Source: a virus (taxonomy: Duplodnaviria; Caudoviricetes). From it: a stretch of 29,043 nucleotides of DNA. Below the pieces are notes generated by a model. The model was not told the DNA's origin and searched no databases. It saw only the letters and a program-made list of their open reading frames with translations. The stretch covers positions 1-29,043 of the IMG/VR virus record IMGVR_UViG_3300033076_000547; one strand, 5' to 3'. Below, one piece after another: positions 1 through 9,513 of the stretch (position 1 is its first letter; the number at the start of each line of letters is the position of its first letter). Position numbers and translations under genes: made by a program.

Positions 1-504
1 CATAGACTAATGGCTTTTGCTTGTGTTGAAGGTATTTCATTCAGTTCGGTATTTGCTGGTGTATTTTGGTATAGAAGCAGAAATAAAATGCCTGGTTTGG
101 CTGCAATGAATGAACTTATTCTTCGTGACGAAACTGCGCATTATGAATTTGCGCTTAATCTTTATAACAATTACTTGAAAGATGATTATAAGCTTTCTAA
201 AGAAGAGCTTAGAAAAATTATTTTGAGCTGTTATGAAGTTGAAAAAACTTTCATAGAAGAAAGTATGCCAGATGGTTTACAAGGTTTGACAAAACAAGAC
301 ATGGTTCGTTATGTTCAATATGTAACTGATATTGTTTTGAATGACTTTGGGTGTGAAACGGAATTTAAAGTAAGTAATCCTTTGGAATACATGTCAAGAA
401 TTGGGTTGTCATCTAAAAACAATTTCTTTGAAAAAAGAGAAGGTGAATACACTCGTGTAGACATTCCTAACACAATGGATGGTATTTTTGATGAAGAATT
501 TTAA
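1..504 (+). CDS. nrdB: Ribonucleotide reductase class Ia beta subunit (R2), C-terminal part; 5'-truncated by the window edge
   Basis: The frame is open from base 1 (HRLMAFACVEGISF...). It carries the di-metal ligand motifs VEG and RDETAH (DExxH), the MPGL..NELI.RDE segment, and C-terminal NFFEKREGEY with the radical-transfer Tyr. It resembles the eukaryote-like/Bacteroidota R2 subclass. Confidence 0.95.
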   Translation, partial: HRLMAFACVEGISFSSVFAGVFWYRSRNKMPGLAAMNELILRDETAHYEFALNLYNNYLKDDYKLSKEELRKIILSCYEVEKTFIEESMPDGLQGLTKQDMVRYVQYVTDIVLNDFGCETEFKVSNPLEYMSRIGLSSKNNFFEKREGEYTRVDIPNTMDGIFDEEF

Positions 505-515
505 TAAACAAAATC

Positions 516-2672
516 ATGAGAATTTTAAAAAGAGATAAAACAACACAGGCTTTCATGCCTAATAAAATTTTGAGTCGCATAAAAACGCAAGCTACTGGTC
601 TTAAAGTAGATTGCGATTCATTATTCCAAGAAGTTATTCCGTTGATTAGTGATAATATCACAACAACTGAAATTGACGAAATTATTGCGTTTAAAGCAGC
701 GGATAAAATCATTCAACATCCAGATTATTCATTATTGGGTGGTCGTATATTGTTGAGTCGTCAATCTAAGTTGATTGGTAAAGAACTTCAACCAGTTGAT
801 ATGACTTATGATTTCTTTGCTGCTACTACTTTCTTGCAAAAGTATTCAATGAGAGATTCTAACAAAACACCTATTGAATTACCATCATGCATGTATGAGC
901 GTGTGGCTAAACATCTTCATGGTGATAACGACTCGGCTAGAAAAGAATTGATTAAAGAATTAACTTCTAAACGCATCAATTTTGCAACACCAATTTATAC
1001 CAACGCAGGTATTGATAAACGTGGTGGTATGATTAGCTGTAATCTAACTCACTTAGAAGAAGATTCATTTGAAGGTATTGAAAACACGCTTACAAAGATT
1101 GCTGCTGCGTCTAAAGAAGGTTCTGGTATTGGAATGCTTATTGACCCGTTAAGAAGCAAAGAAAGTGTAGTAGAATCGTTCCAAGGCAATGCTGGTGGTG
1201 TGATTAGATTAGCTGACATGGTTCAATCAAAAATGAGATTCTATAAGCAAGGTTCTCGTTCTGGAAGTTGCGCTTTGTATCTTTCAGTATGGCACAAAGA
1301 CATTTTTGATTTCTTAGAATTGACATTGCCTATTGGTGATGAACAATTAAGAACTCGTGATTTGTTCACTGCTGTTATCATTAACGACCTTTTTATGAAG
1401 AAATTGGAGTCAGGTGAAGATTGGTATACATTCTGCCCTAATGACCTTAAAAAAGCTGGTTTAAAGCCGTTATATGACCTTTGGGGTGCTGAGTTTGATG
1501 CTGAGTATGAAAAGGCTGTTGAAATGGGTCTAGGTAAGAAGGTAAATGCCAAAGAAATTTTTGACTCTATTGTAAAATCACAAGTTGAAAGCGGTAGACC
1601 ATACGTCATGTTCAAAGATAATGCGAACAAACGCAACATGCAAGACAATATCGGACCTATCAAACAATCAAACTTGTGTATCGAGGTGTTCCAAGCTTCA
1701 AAACCTAACTATACCCCACAATGTACTTTAGGTTCAATCAATTTGGCTGAACACGGTGGGCTTAAATCTATCGATAAAGCTACCAGAGTTTTGGTTAGAG
1801 GGTTGAATGAAGTTATCAGCAAGAACAAATGGAGTGATGATTGGAGTTCAAGTGCTGGTTTGGACCAAAGAGCTTTGGCTATTGGTGTAGCTGGTTTGGC
1901 CGACTTTTTTGCTAAAAAGAAAATTTCTTTTGAAAGTGAAGAAGCTAGAAAATGGAACAACGATATTTTTGAAACCATGTATAAAGCAGCTGTTGACGAA
2001 TCAATGAAGATGGCTGAAGAAAAGGGTGAAAATTATCCATCATGGGAAGGTAGCCGTTATTCTAGAGGTGAAACTTATATTGAAGGATGGTCACCAAGAC
2101 CAGAAGGTGAACCAATCCCACTTTATAATAGCTTATTCTTGGGTCTTATGCCTACAGCATCTTCAGCTATTTTATTGGGTGTGTTCGAATCTTTTGAACC
2201 AGTAACTTCAAATCTATTTACTAGACGTGTTGGTCAAGGTGAATTCTTGATTGTGAACAAATATCTTGTAAACGAGTTAATGGAATTGGAACTTTGGGAC
2301 TCTGAAATGATTGACAAAGTAATCAAAAACAAGGGTAGTGTTCAAAATATTGTTGAAATTCCTGAAGAAATACGTTTCAGATACAAAGATGTTTGGGAAA
2401 TTTCACAAAGAACATTATTGGATTTGTCTATCATTAGAAACAAGTATGTTGACCAATCACAATCGTTGAATGTTTACCATGCTGATGCTAAATATGCTAA
2501 GATTGCAAGTGCTCTTATGTATGCTTGGAAAGGTGGTTTAAAAACTGGGGTTTATTACACCAGAACCAAATCTAAATTGGAAACCAATACAAAATTGGCT
2601 TCAAGTCAAGTTTCGGTGTTGCCACCAAAACCTAAAGATAGTCAATTTGAATGTTTTGGCTGTAGTAGCTAA
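516..2672 (+). CDS. nrdA: Ribonucleotide reductase class Ia alpha subunit (R1) with N-terminal ATP-cone
   Basis: ATP-cone-like start MRILKRD..., HPDY, TPIYTNAG, ISCNL (redox Cys), QSNLCIEV (Asn/thiyl Cys/Glu), CTLGSINL, MPTASSA, KTGVYYTR (Tyr-Tyr dyad), C-terminal CFGCSS (CxxC). Adjacent to nrdB. Confidence 0.97.
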   Translation: MRILKRDKTTQAFMPNKILSRIKTQATGLKVDCDSLFQEVIPLISDNITTTEIDEIIAFKAADKIIQHPDYSLLGGRILLSRQSKLIGKELQPVDMTYDFFAATTFLQKYSMRDSNKTPIELPSCMYERVAKHLHGDNDSARKELIKELTSKRINFATPIYTNAGIDKRGGMISCNLTHLEEDSFEGIENTLTKIAAASKEGSGIGMLIDPLRSKESVVESFQGNAGGVIRLADMVQSKMRFYKQGSRSGSCALYLSVWHKDIFDFLELTLPIGDEQLRTRDLFTAVIINDLFMKKLESGEDWYTFCPNDLKKAGLKPLYDLWGAEFDAEYEKAVEMGLGKKVNAKEIFDSIVKSQVESGRPYVMFKDNANKRNMQDNIGPIKQSNLCIEVFQASKPNYTPQCTLGSINLAEHGGLKSIDKATRVLVRGLNEVISKNKWSDDWSSSAGLDQRALAIGVAGLADFFAKKKISFESEEARKWNNDIFETMYKAAVDESMKMAEEKGENYPSWEGSRYSRGETYIEGWSPRPEGEPIPLYNSLFLGLMPTASSAILLGVFESFEPVTSNLFTRRVGQGEFLIVNKYLVNELMELELWDSEMIDKVIKNKGSVQNIVEIPEEIRFRYKDVWEISQRTLLDLSIIRNKYVDQSQSLNVYHADAKYAKIASALMYAWKGGLKTGVYYTRTKSKLETNTKLASSQVSVLPPKPKDSQFECFGCSS

Positions 2673-2685
2673 AATTAATAAAACC

Positions 2686-2720
2686 AATAAAAAGGGCCTC
2701 AAAAGGGCCCTTTTTTATTT
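2686..2720 (+). terminator. Rho-independent terminator, probably bidirectional
   Basis: AAAAAGGGCCT-CAAAA-GGGCCCTTTTTT: a GC-rich stem with an A-tract before and a T-tract after, directly downstream of nrdA. It separates the nucleotide-metabolism genes from the structural module. Confidence 0.9.
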
Positions 2721-2751
2721 GTTTATTTACTTACAAAAATGTTTTACTATT

Positions 2752-2759
2752 ATATTTAT
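2752..2759 (+). promoter_or_regulatory. ATATTTAT motif, putative phage late promoter
   Basis: 14 nt upstream of the gp25-like ATG and just after the terminator. The same octamer recurs in other intergenic gaps. Confidence 0.6.
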
Positions 2760-2773
2760 GTAAAAACGATACT

Positions 2774-3160
2774 ATGGCCAACGGTAAATATATCAACATC
2801 AATTACCCTTTTAAAGACAGCGGTAAAGGATTTTTCTTGGATTTGAATGCTGATGACGCTTCAGCAATCAAAGCAGACCTTATGCATCTTATATTAACGG
2901 TAAGAGGTCAAAGATTGTACAACCCTAATTTTGGTACCAATTTATTGAAGTTTATATTTCAACCAGACGATGGTTTCACATTAGCTCAAATTGAGGAAGA
3001 AATCAAATCTGTTGTTAAAGTATACATACCAAATTTGGATGTAACAAACTTTACCGTTGAACAATCAACTGAAAGCGAATATGCTGCGGTTGTAACATTA
3101 AATTATACTATAACAGATGGCGTTTTCGTCACCTCAGACTTTGTAATCATAAACATATAA
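2774..3160 (+). CDS. Baseplate wedge protein, T4 gp25 / P2 gpW-like (sheath initiator)
   Basis: 128 aa. AIKADLMHLILTVRGQRLYNPNFGTNLLKFIFQP matches the gp25 family pattern I...L..ll.T..GER...P.FG..L...lFeP. Confidence 0.88.
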   Translation: MANGKYININYPFKDSGKGFFLDLNADDASAIKADLMHLILTVRGQRLYNPNFGTNLLKFIFQPDDGFTLAQIEEEIKSVVKVYIPNLDVTNFTVEQSTESEYAAVVTLNYTITDGVFVTSDFVIINI

Positions 3161-3161
3161 T

Positions 3162-4982
3162 ATGGCAAATCAAGGAATTAATTACACTTCACGTAATTTC
3201 GCTGACATAAGAACTGACCTTATAAACATGGTCAGAAAATATTACCCAGATATTTTTAACGACTTTAATGATGCATCTGTAGGTATGATGCTTTTGGAAT
3301 TGAACGCTGCGGTTGGTGACATGTTGTCTTTCAACACAGATAGAATGTTCCAAGAAACACAAATCGATTATGCGCAACAAAGAAGTTCGGTTTTATCGAT
3401 GGCTAGAACCTTCGGTCTTAAAATACCAGGAAAACGCCCAAGCGTTACAATCGTAGACTTTTCAGTTACAGTACCACCATTTGGTGATAGTTTTGACGTA
3501 ACTTATTGTCCATTGATTGCCGCTGGTTCTCAAGTGTCTGGTGCTGGTAAAATATTTGAAACAAAATACGATATTGATTTTAGCGACCCATTTACAGTAG
3601 GCGGTATTCCAAATAGATTAATATTGCCTAATTTTGATGCTAATAATAATTTGGTTAACTACACAATAGTTAAACGTGAAATAGTAGTTAATGGATTTTC
3701 TAAGATTTTACAAAGAGCTATCACATCTAGCGATGTTAGACCGTTTTTCCAAATTGTGTTACCAGATACTGACGTAATTTCAATAGAATCAATCATAGCT
3801 TTACCAGGAATAAACTACACAAGAAACCCAGACCCATCTCAGTTTTTAGACCCTGAATTAAAATGGTATGAAATGGATGCATTGGCCGAAAGTGAAGTTT
3901 TTATTACTGACAATTTCAGTGATAGTGACAATGCTGGTGTAAGACCAGGAAAATGGATAAAAACAACAAGAAAATTTATTCGTGAATATACCGATTTAGG
4001 TTTCACTAAGATTATTTTTGGTAGTGGTAGTCAAGATATTAGTAGTTTAACTGAATTTAATGTTAATCCAGCTTTGGTAAACCAAATCGGTGATTTCATC
4101 AACAATATGTCATTGGGTGAAACACCAACAGCGAATACCACTATGTTCATAAAATACAGAGTTGGTGGTGGTGCTGATACAAATTTAGGTACTGGAGTTA
4201 TCAACAGTGTTGGTTTATTGAATATAACAGTTAACGGGTCTAATTCATCAATAAACAATGCTGTAAAAGCTTCTTTGACCGTTAACAACCCTTTGCCAGC
4301 TTTGGGCGGTAAAAACGAACCTAGTGTTGAAGAAATTAGAAATTTGGTTAGATACAATTTTGCTTCTCAAAACAGATGTGTTACTGTGAAAGATTACCAA
4401 TCAAGAATTGCGTTGATGCCTGGTGAATTTGGTGTACCATTTAGATGTGGTGTATTTGAAGAACAAAATAAAATCCAAATCTATATTTTAGGCTTGGATT
4501 CAAATGGAAAATTGGATAACTCATCAACTAGTACGCTACAAAATAATATAGCTAACTACTTGGCTGATTATCGAATGATAAATGATTATGTAAATGTTTC
4601 TGATGGTAAAATAATAAATTTATCATTTGAAATTGATTTGTATGTTGATAAAAAAGTTCCACAGTCTCAAATTGCTGCTCAGGTAATCAACGATGTACAA
4701 GATTATATGGATATAAACAAATTTCAAATGGGTGAGAATGTTTATTTATCTAACCTTGTTGAAATAATAAATAATGTTGGTGGTGTGTTGAACGTTATCG
4801 ACCTAAGAGTATTTAATAATGTTGGTGATGGGTATAGTGTTAATGAAATATCACAACCTTATTTAGACCCAACAACAAGACAAGTTGACATTTCATTTGA
4901 TTACACTCTTTTTGGTGAGCCAGTTAGCATGTTTGAGATTAAATATCCTAACACAGATATTAGAATTAGAGTAAAAGGATAA
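3162..4982 (+). CDS. Baseplate wedge subunit, T4 gp6 / P2 gpJ-like
   Basis: N-terminal NYTSRNFADIRTDL...DFNDASVGMMLLELNAAVGDMLSF, SVLSMARTFG, IKYRVGGG and GG...PSVEEIR...ASQNRCVTVKDY (the gp6/J 'RAVT..DY' motif). Follows the gp25-like gene. Confidence 0.88.
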   Translation: MANQGINYTSRNFADIRTDLINMVRKYYPDIFNDFNDASVGMMLLELNAAVGDMLSFNTDRMFQETQIDYAQQRSSVLSMARTFGLKIPGKRPSVTIVDFSVTVPPFGDSFDVTYCPLIAAGSQVSGAGKIFETKYDIDFSDPFTVGGIPNRLILPNFDANNNLVNYTIVKREIVVNGFSKILQRAITSSDVRPFFQIVLPDTDVISIESIIALPGINYTRNPDPSQFLDPELKWYEMDALAESEVFITDNFSDSDNAGVRPGKWIKTTRKFIREYTDLGFTKIIFGSGSQDISSLTEFNVNPALVNQIGDFINNMSLGETPTANTTMFIKYRVGGGADTNLGTGVINSVGLLNITVNGSNSSINNAVKASLTVNNPLPALGGKNEPSVEEIRNLVRYNFASQNRCVTVKDYQSRIALMPGEFGVPFRCGVFEEQNKIQIYILGLDSNGKLDNSSTSTLQNNIANYLADYRMINDYVNVSDGKIINLSFEIDLYVDKKVPQSQIAAQVINDVQDYMDINKFQMGENVYLSNLVEIINNVGGVLNVIDLRVFNNVGDGYSVNEISQPYLDPTTRQVDISFDYTLFGEPVSMFEIKYPNTDIRIRVKG

Positions 4983-5007
4983 TGTTTCCTTATAGCTTTA
5001 AGTTCAG

Positions 5008-5015
5008 TATATTTG
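5008..5015 (+). promoter_or_regulatory. Putative Bacteroidota-type housekeeping promoter -7 element (TAnnTTTG)
   Basis: TATATTTG in the 64-nt gap, 31 nt upstream of the ATG at 5047. No clean -33 TTTG element was seen. Confidence 0.45.
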
Positions 5016-5046
5016 TAAAAATAATGTGTTAAAATTGTTATAAAAA

Positions 5047-5382
5047 ATGAGTTGTAATTGTAAAAATGGTGGTGCATCGCAAACGTTTGATACCACATCA
5101 AATAAATCTAAAAATAACGTAACAAAATATGTATTGAAATCATTTATTTTTTTGGTTTCATTAATTTTGTTACCAGTAATCATTGGCTTTGTGGTTTGGG
5201 TTATGTTTAAAATTATTGTTTTAAATGACTCAGTAGATTTAAAACCACTTATGGTTTCAATGTTAAGAAGCTTACAAGCAAATTCTGATGAAGAAGATGA
5301 AGAAATTGATGATGAAGAATTTTATTCATTAACAGAAGATGATGTTATTTTGATGGAAGCTGATGATATAACGAATAAATAA
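5047..5382 (+). CDS. Small membrane protein, function unknown
   Basis: 111 aa with an N-terminal MSCNCK, a ~30-residue hydrophobic stretch (SFIFLVSLILLPVIIGFVVWVMF) and an acidic tail (DEEDEEIDDEEF). A-rich leader. Confidence 0.7.
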   Translation: MSCNCKNGGASQTFDTTSNKSKNNVTKYVLKSFIFLVSLILLPVIIGFVVWVMFKIIVLNDSVDLKPLMVSMLRSLQANSDEEDEEIDDEEFYSLTEDDVILMEADDITNK

Positions 5383-5393
5383 TTTATGTTTTA

Positions 5394-8300
5394 ATGTCAA
5401 ATACAATAAGAATAAAAACAACTCCTAATGGTGGTGACAAATATCTAAAAGTTAAAATAGACCAAGATTTTGATTTTATTGAAATCTTATCATTAAAACT
5501 TACGCAAGAAGATGCGTATAGAAAGTTTTGTTCTGATTATGGTGCTGTTGTCGGTAGAGTTGTGGTTAATAGTGGGTTTGGTGTACCTAATGCCAAAGTA
5601 AGTGTTTTTATTCCTATAGACGATATTGATAAGAATGACCCTTTGATTAAAGGGTTGTATCCTTATGAATTAGTAACAGATAAAAATAGTGATGGTGTTC
5701 GTTATAATTTGTTACCAAGAGAATTTGAAACAAATAATGATTGTTTCACACCAATAGGTACGTTTCCAAGTAAAAGAGAAATTTTGGATAATGATACCAT
5801 GATGGAAATTTATTGTAAATATTATAAGTTTACAACGACAACAAACCATGCTGGTGACTTTATGATTTTTGGAGTTCCGTTAGGGAGCCACGTAATACAT
5901 GTTGATGCTGATTTATCAGATATTGATTATCTTTCACAAAGACCTTACGATATGATTAGACAAGGCGCATCTGAAAGAACATTTGAAAGCTCAACAAAAT
6001 TTAAATCTGGTTCAAACTTAGACAAATTACCTCAAGTAAAATCATCTAACATTGGTGTGAATGTACAACCATTCTGGGGTGATACAGACAACTGTGAAGT
6101 TGGTATCACTAGAGTTGATATTGACTTGAATTATAATGTTGAACCTTGCGCTATTTTTATGGGTAGCATATTTGGTGACCAAGATAAAGACAGTGTTAAC
6201 AAAAACTGTAGACCTAGAAAAGGTTTGGGTGAATTATGTTCACAAATTGCAGGTGAAGGAACTGTTGAAATGATTAGGAAAACAGTTGATGGCAGTATCG
6301 AACAATTTGATGTTGAAGGTGGTTACCTTATAGATGAGGACGGAACATGGGCCTATCAGGTCCCTATGAATTTGGACTATGTTGTAACTTCTGAAGAAGG
6401 TGATTTAGTCCCATCAAGTGACCCTAACATAGGTATACCAACAAGGGCTAGTGTTAGATTCAGAATAGGTATGGGTGTTAATGGTGGAGAAGGGAGATTA
6501 AGAACCAGAGCCAAATACTTAGTTCCTAACAACCCAACCAATGCTGGTTTAATTGATTATACGTTTGATGAACGAACCAACCCTTTCAGTTTTAAAGATT
6601 TATATTGGAATAAAATATATACAGTATCTAATTTTATATCCAGATATCAGAGATTGTCAGGTAATATACCATCCGTGCCAAATGTCGTTCAAAGTGTTAA
6701 CCCATTGGCAAGTGTTATTAGCGATTCCGTAAAAACAAGGGCGTTTACTGGTATTAAAGATGTTTCTGGTTGTGTTGGTGATAAAACGCCATTTCCATAT
6801 AATAAACTAAATGCAACCACAAACCCAATTTTTGCTAGTGTTTGCGTAATAATGGAAATAATTATAGCCGTTGTTTATCTCATCAACAAATCAGTTATTG
6901 CTTTGTCGAATGCTCTTATTCATATGGTAAAAGTTATTATAAATGCTATAAATACGGTACTACCTAACAGTTTAGACATAAACGATAATTTAAACTACAT
7001 ACCTTGTATGACAATAACTTGTGCTGATGAAAAATATGCACCAGGATGCCCAAACAGTGGTTTAGGTCAGTATGGGTGGTCAGCAGCACAGGCAGGTGGA
7101 AATGAACCAAATTATTATCCTGGTGATGGTATACATTCTAGTTCTAGTGTAGCTGTTGGTTTAGATGATTGTATGGCTTTGCAAATGGCAAATTCATTGA
7201 ACATTTATCAATTTGATTTTTATAATGATTGGGTTAATGGTTCTTTATATAGTTTTTTGTTGAAATACAAAAAGAAAAGAAAAGGAAAAGAGAAATTTTG
7301 TGAATATGACTGTATTGATTTTAGCGGTGACCAAAACTATAGTGGTGTTGGAAATGACTGTAACAACGCTACTCTATTAGACACATGTATAAACTTTGCG
7401 CCTCTTCAAGAAGGTCAGACATCTTCTGTAAATGTTTCAATAAGAGAAGGATTGGTTAAGAAATTTGAAGATGAATTATATTATGCCGCTACAACACACA
7501 ATGGTTCTTTTAAATTATTTGCTACTGATATAGTTTGTTTAGGTTCTATTTTTGAATGTGATTGGCAAGGATTTCCTATGTTACAACCATACTTGGTTTC
7601 AACTTCATTTAATTTACCACCAGATGTATCTGATTCATTTACGGACCCTAACACCAATATAACTTATATCACAGAAACAGGTATGATTGGTGCTGGTGGT
7701 ACTAGTAATGGTTTATTTTTTGAAATAAACTGTGCAGGTTTACATGTTAATGAAAATCAATGTTTGAATATTAGACATGCGTGTGAGATTTATGTTGATA
7801 ATGATGAATTGTATGAACAAAACAATGTTTTATACAGTGCGGATGGAACATTAGGTTCTAATGACATATCAGAATTGGGTAGAATTTTTAGAGATTCTTT
7901 CACTGTTATTAATAGTGGTATAACTTCAGCCAATTCATTTTCTTTACCAGCAAATATAAACACTGATTTTAACATAAACAATTTACAAAATGATTATAAC
8001 TACACCTCACAATCTAGCAATGGTGTTGATTACTTAAAATTTAGAGGGTTTTATGGTGCTTCAGATTCTATATTTTTACAACCTAAACACTCATATTATT
8101 TCTATTTTGGTATAATACCAGGTAAAACAGCATTGGATAAAATGAATGCTAAGTATTTTTCTTTATGTAAACCTGTTGTTAAAAGTCAAATGGCTATCAA
8201 TATAACAACAACACCAGATAGCGCTAATGATGGAAACGGTAAAGTTGATTTTGTAGTATTGGGTGGTTTAGGTCCTTACACATATACAGTCACTGGACCT

Positions 8301-9512
8301 AATGGTATAGTTGCACAAGGGACTATCCCTACCACAACAGTGCCACCATCTGTTGCAGTAAATGGATTATTTCAAGGTCAATATACAGTCACTGTAGTTG
8401 ATTCAACTGGAAATGCTACAACAAATACTTTTAATGTTGGTGGTCCAACACCTTTATATTGTAGTGTAGCGGTTTCACAAAATTCTAGTAGTGCATCAGC
8501 ACCTGATGGTGCGGTAACTGTTTACGGTGTTGGTGGTGGTATCGCACCTTACACTTATGTTTTTAAAGATTACAATGGCTCTATTTTACAAAGTGGTACT
8601 TTGGTTACACCAATGACAATATCTAATTTAATGGCAGAACCTAATTTTGGTTACGTTATGGTAATAAGCGATTCATTTGGTGCTGAATGTGAAACTACTG
8701 GTTTGATTGTCAATGGTCCTACTGTTTTGTTCGTTAGACGTTCTCAACCAACTAAAAATGTAACATGTTATGGTGGTAACGATGGTGAATTATATATAGG
8801 TGTTAGTGGCGGTCTTTTACCATATTCAATTTATACAACAGGACCTAATGGTTATATAAATCAAGGTGGAACTACGTTGACAAATTTAATAGCTGGAACT
8901 TATTACACAACTGTTTCTGATGCCACAGGTGCGAATACTATTTTAACTTCGATTGTTGGTACAACTAACCCACAATTGGTAGTTAGTTCTGCAAGCGCTG
9001 CTGAATTAGCCAAACAATGTGACCCACAAATTTATCATATACCATTTTATATATTGACTGGTTTAGCTAATAATAGTGCTGCCTTTATTCAATATACGTT
9101 AGATAACGGTCAATTTAACTATCAAACACAAATGTCATATGTAAATGCAACAACACCTATTGTTTTAACAATTAATAAAACTTTGCTCACTACTAATATT
9201 AAAATACGTTTTAGTAATACTGCAAATTATGATTGTTTAAGTAATGAATTGACTATAAATGTGTCTCAAATAACGTTACCAACAACAACGTTATCTGCCA
9301 ACATAACTACAAGTGGACTTGGTAATCCATTCACACACAACATTAAAGTTAATGGCGGTATTGTTGGCTCTCCTGCGGCCTATACATCGACAAACAATCC
9401 AACATATACTAATTCTGGTGCTTATTATTCTGCAACAGTTTATAATAATCAAGCAGTATTAACAGAAACAATAACAGATGGAGTTGGTTGCTCCGTAACA
9501 GCAATAGGTTAA
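5394..9512 (+). CDS. Large virion/tail-associated protein with a carboxypeptidase-regulatory-like beta domain and C-terminal SprB-like repeats
   Basis: 1372 aa. VVGRVV..SGFGVPNAKVSV...TTTNHAGDFMIFGVPLGSHVIHV is a prealbumin/CarboxypepD_reg-like pattern. There is an internal hydrophobic helix, plus three GG..PY(T/S)..L..G.Y..TV.D..G repeats, and about 29 Cys. Confidence 0.7.
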   Translation: MSNTIRIKTTPNGGDKYLKVKIDQDFDFIEILSLKLTQEDAYRKFCSDYGAVVGRVVVNSGFGVPNAKVSVFIPIDDIDKNDPLIKGLYPYELVTDKNSDGVRYNLLPREFETNNDCFTPIGTFPSKREILDNDTMMEIYCKYYKFTTTTNHAGDFMIFGVPLGSHVIHVDADLSDIDYLSQRPYDMIRQGASERTFESSTKFKSGSNLDKLPQVKSSNIGVNVQPFWGDTDNCEVGITRVDIDLNYNVEPCAIFMGSIFGDQDKDSVNKNCRPRKGLGELCSQIAGEGTVEMIRKTVDGSIEQFDVEGGYLIDEDGTWAYQVPMNLDYVVTSEEGDLVPSSDPNIGIPTRASVRFRIGMGVNGGEGRLRTRAKYLVPNNPTNAGLIDYTFDERTNPFSFKDLYWNKIYTVSNFISRYQRLSGNIPSVPNVVQSVNPLASVISDSVKTRAFTGIKDVSGCVGDKTPFPYNKLNATTNPIFASVCVIMEIIIAVVYLINKSVIALSNALIHMVKVIINAINTVLPNSLDINDNLNYIPCMTITCADEKYAPGCPNSGLGQYGWSAAQAGGNEPNYYPGDGIHSSSSVAVGLDDCMALQMANSLNIYQFDFYNDWVNGSLYSFLLKYKKKRKGKEKFCEYDCIDFSGDQNYSGVGNDCNNATLLDTCINFAPLQEGQTSSVNVSIREGLVKKFEDELYYAATTHNGSFKLFATDIVCLGSIFECDWQGFPMLQPYLVSTSFNLPPDVSDSFTDPNTNITYITETGMIGAGGTSNGLFFEINCAGLHVNENQCLNIRHACEIYVDNDELYEQNNVLYSADGTLGSNDISELGRIFRDSFTVINSGITSANSFSLPANINTDFNINNLQNDYNYTSQSSNGVDYLKFRGFYGASDSIFLQPKHSYYFYFGIIPGKTALDKMNAKYFSLCKPVVKSQMAINITTTPDSANDGNGKVDFVVLGGLGPYTYTVTGPNGIVAQGTIPTTTVPPSVAVNGLFQGQYTVTVVDSTGNATTNTFNVGGPTPLYCSVAVSQNSSSASAPDGAVTVYGVGGGIAPYTYVFKDYNGSILQSGTLVTPMTISNLMAEPNFGYVMVISDSFGAECETTGLIVNGPTVLFVRRSQPTKNVTCYGGNDGELYIGVSGGLLPYSIYTTGPNGYINQGGTTLTNLIAGTYYTTVSDATGANTILTSIVGTTNPQLVVSSASAAELAKQCDPQIYHIPFYILTGLANNSAAFIQYTLDNGQFNYQTQMSYVNATTPIVLTINKTLLTTNIKIRFSNTANYDCLSNELTINVSQITLPTTTLSANITTSGLGNPFTHNIKVNGGIVGSPAAYTSTNNPTYTNSGAYYSATVYNNQAVLTETITDGVGCSVTAIG
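8200..8950 (+). repeat. Three degenerate SprB-like protein repeats (~90 aa period)
   Basis: NDGNGKVDFVVLGGLGPYTY..GLFQGQYTVTVVDSTG; PDGAVTVYGVGGGIAPYTY..ISNL..YVMVISDSFG; NVTCYGGNDGELYIGVSGGLLPYS..LTNLIAGTYYTTVSDATG. Confidence 0.7.
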
Positions 9513-9513
9513 C

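Noticed and set aside
516-2672. Intron or intein in nrdA, common in phages
   Set aside because: The ORF is continuous and compact with all motifs at normal spacing, and there are no intein or homing endonuclease signatures.
7263-7296. NLS-like basic patch KYKKKRKGKEK; together with the eukaryote-like RNR it could suggest a eukaryotic virus
   Set aside because: The baseplate genes and operon structure are bacteriophage-type, this RNR subclass also occurs in bacteria, and Lys runs are common in AT-rich genes.
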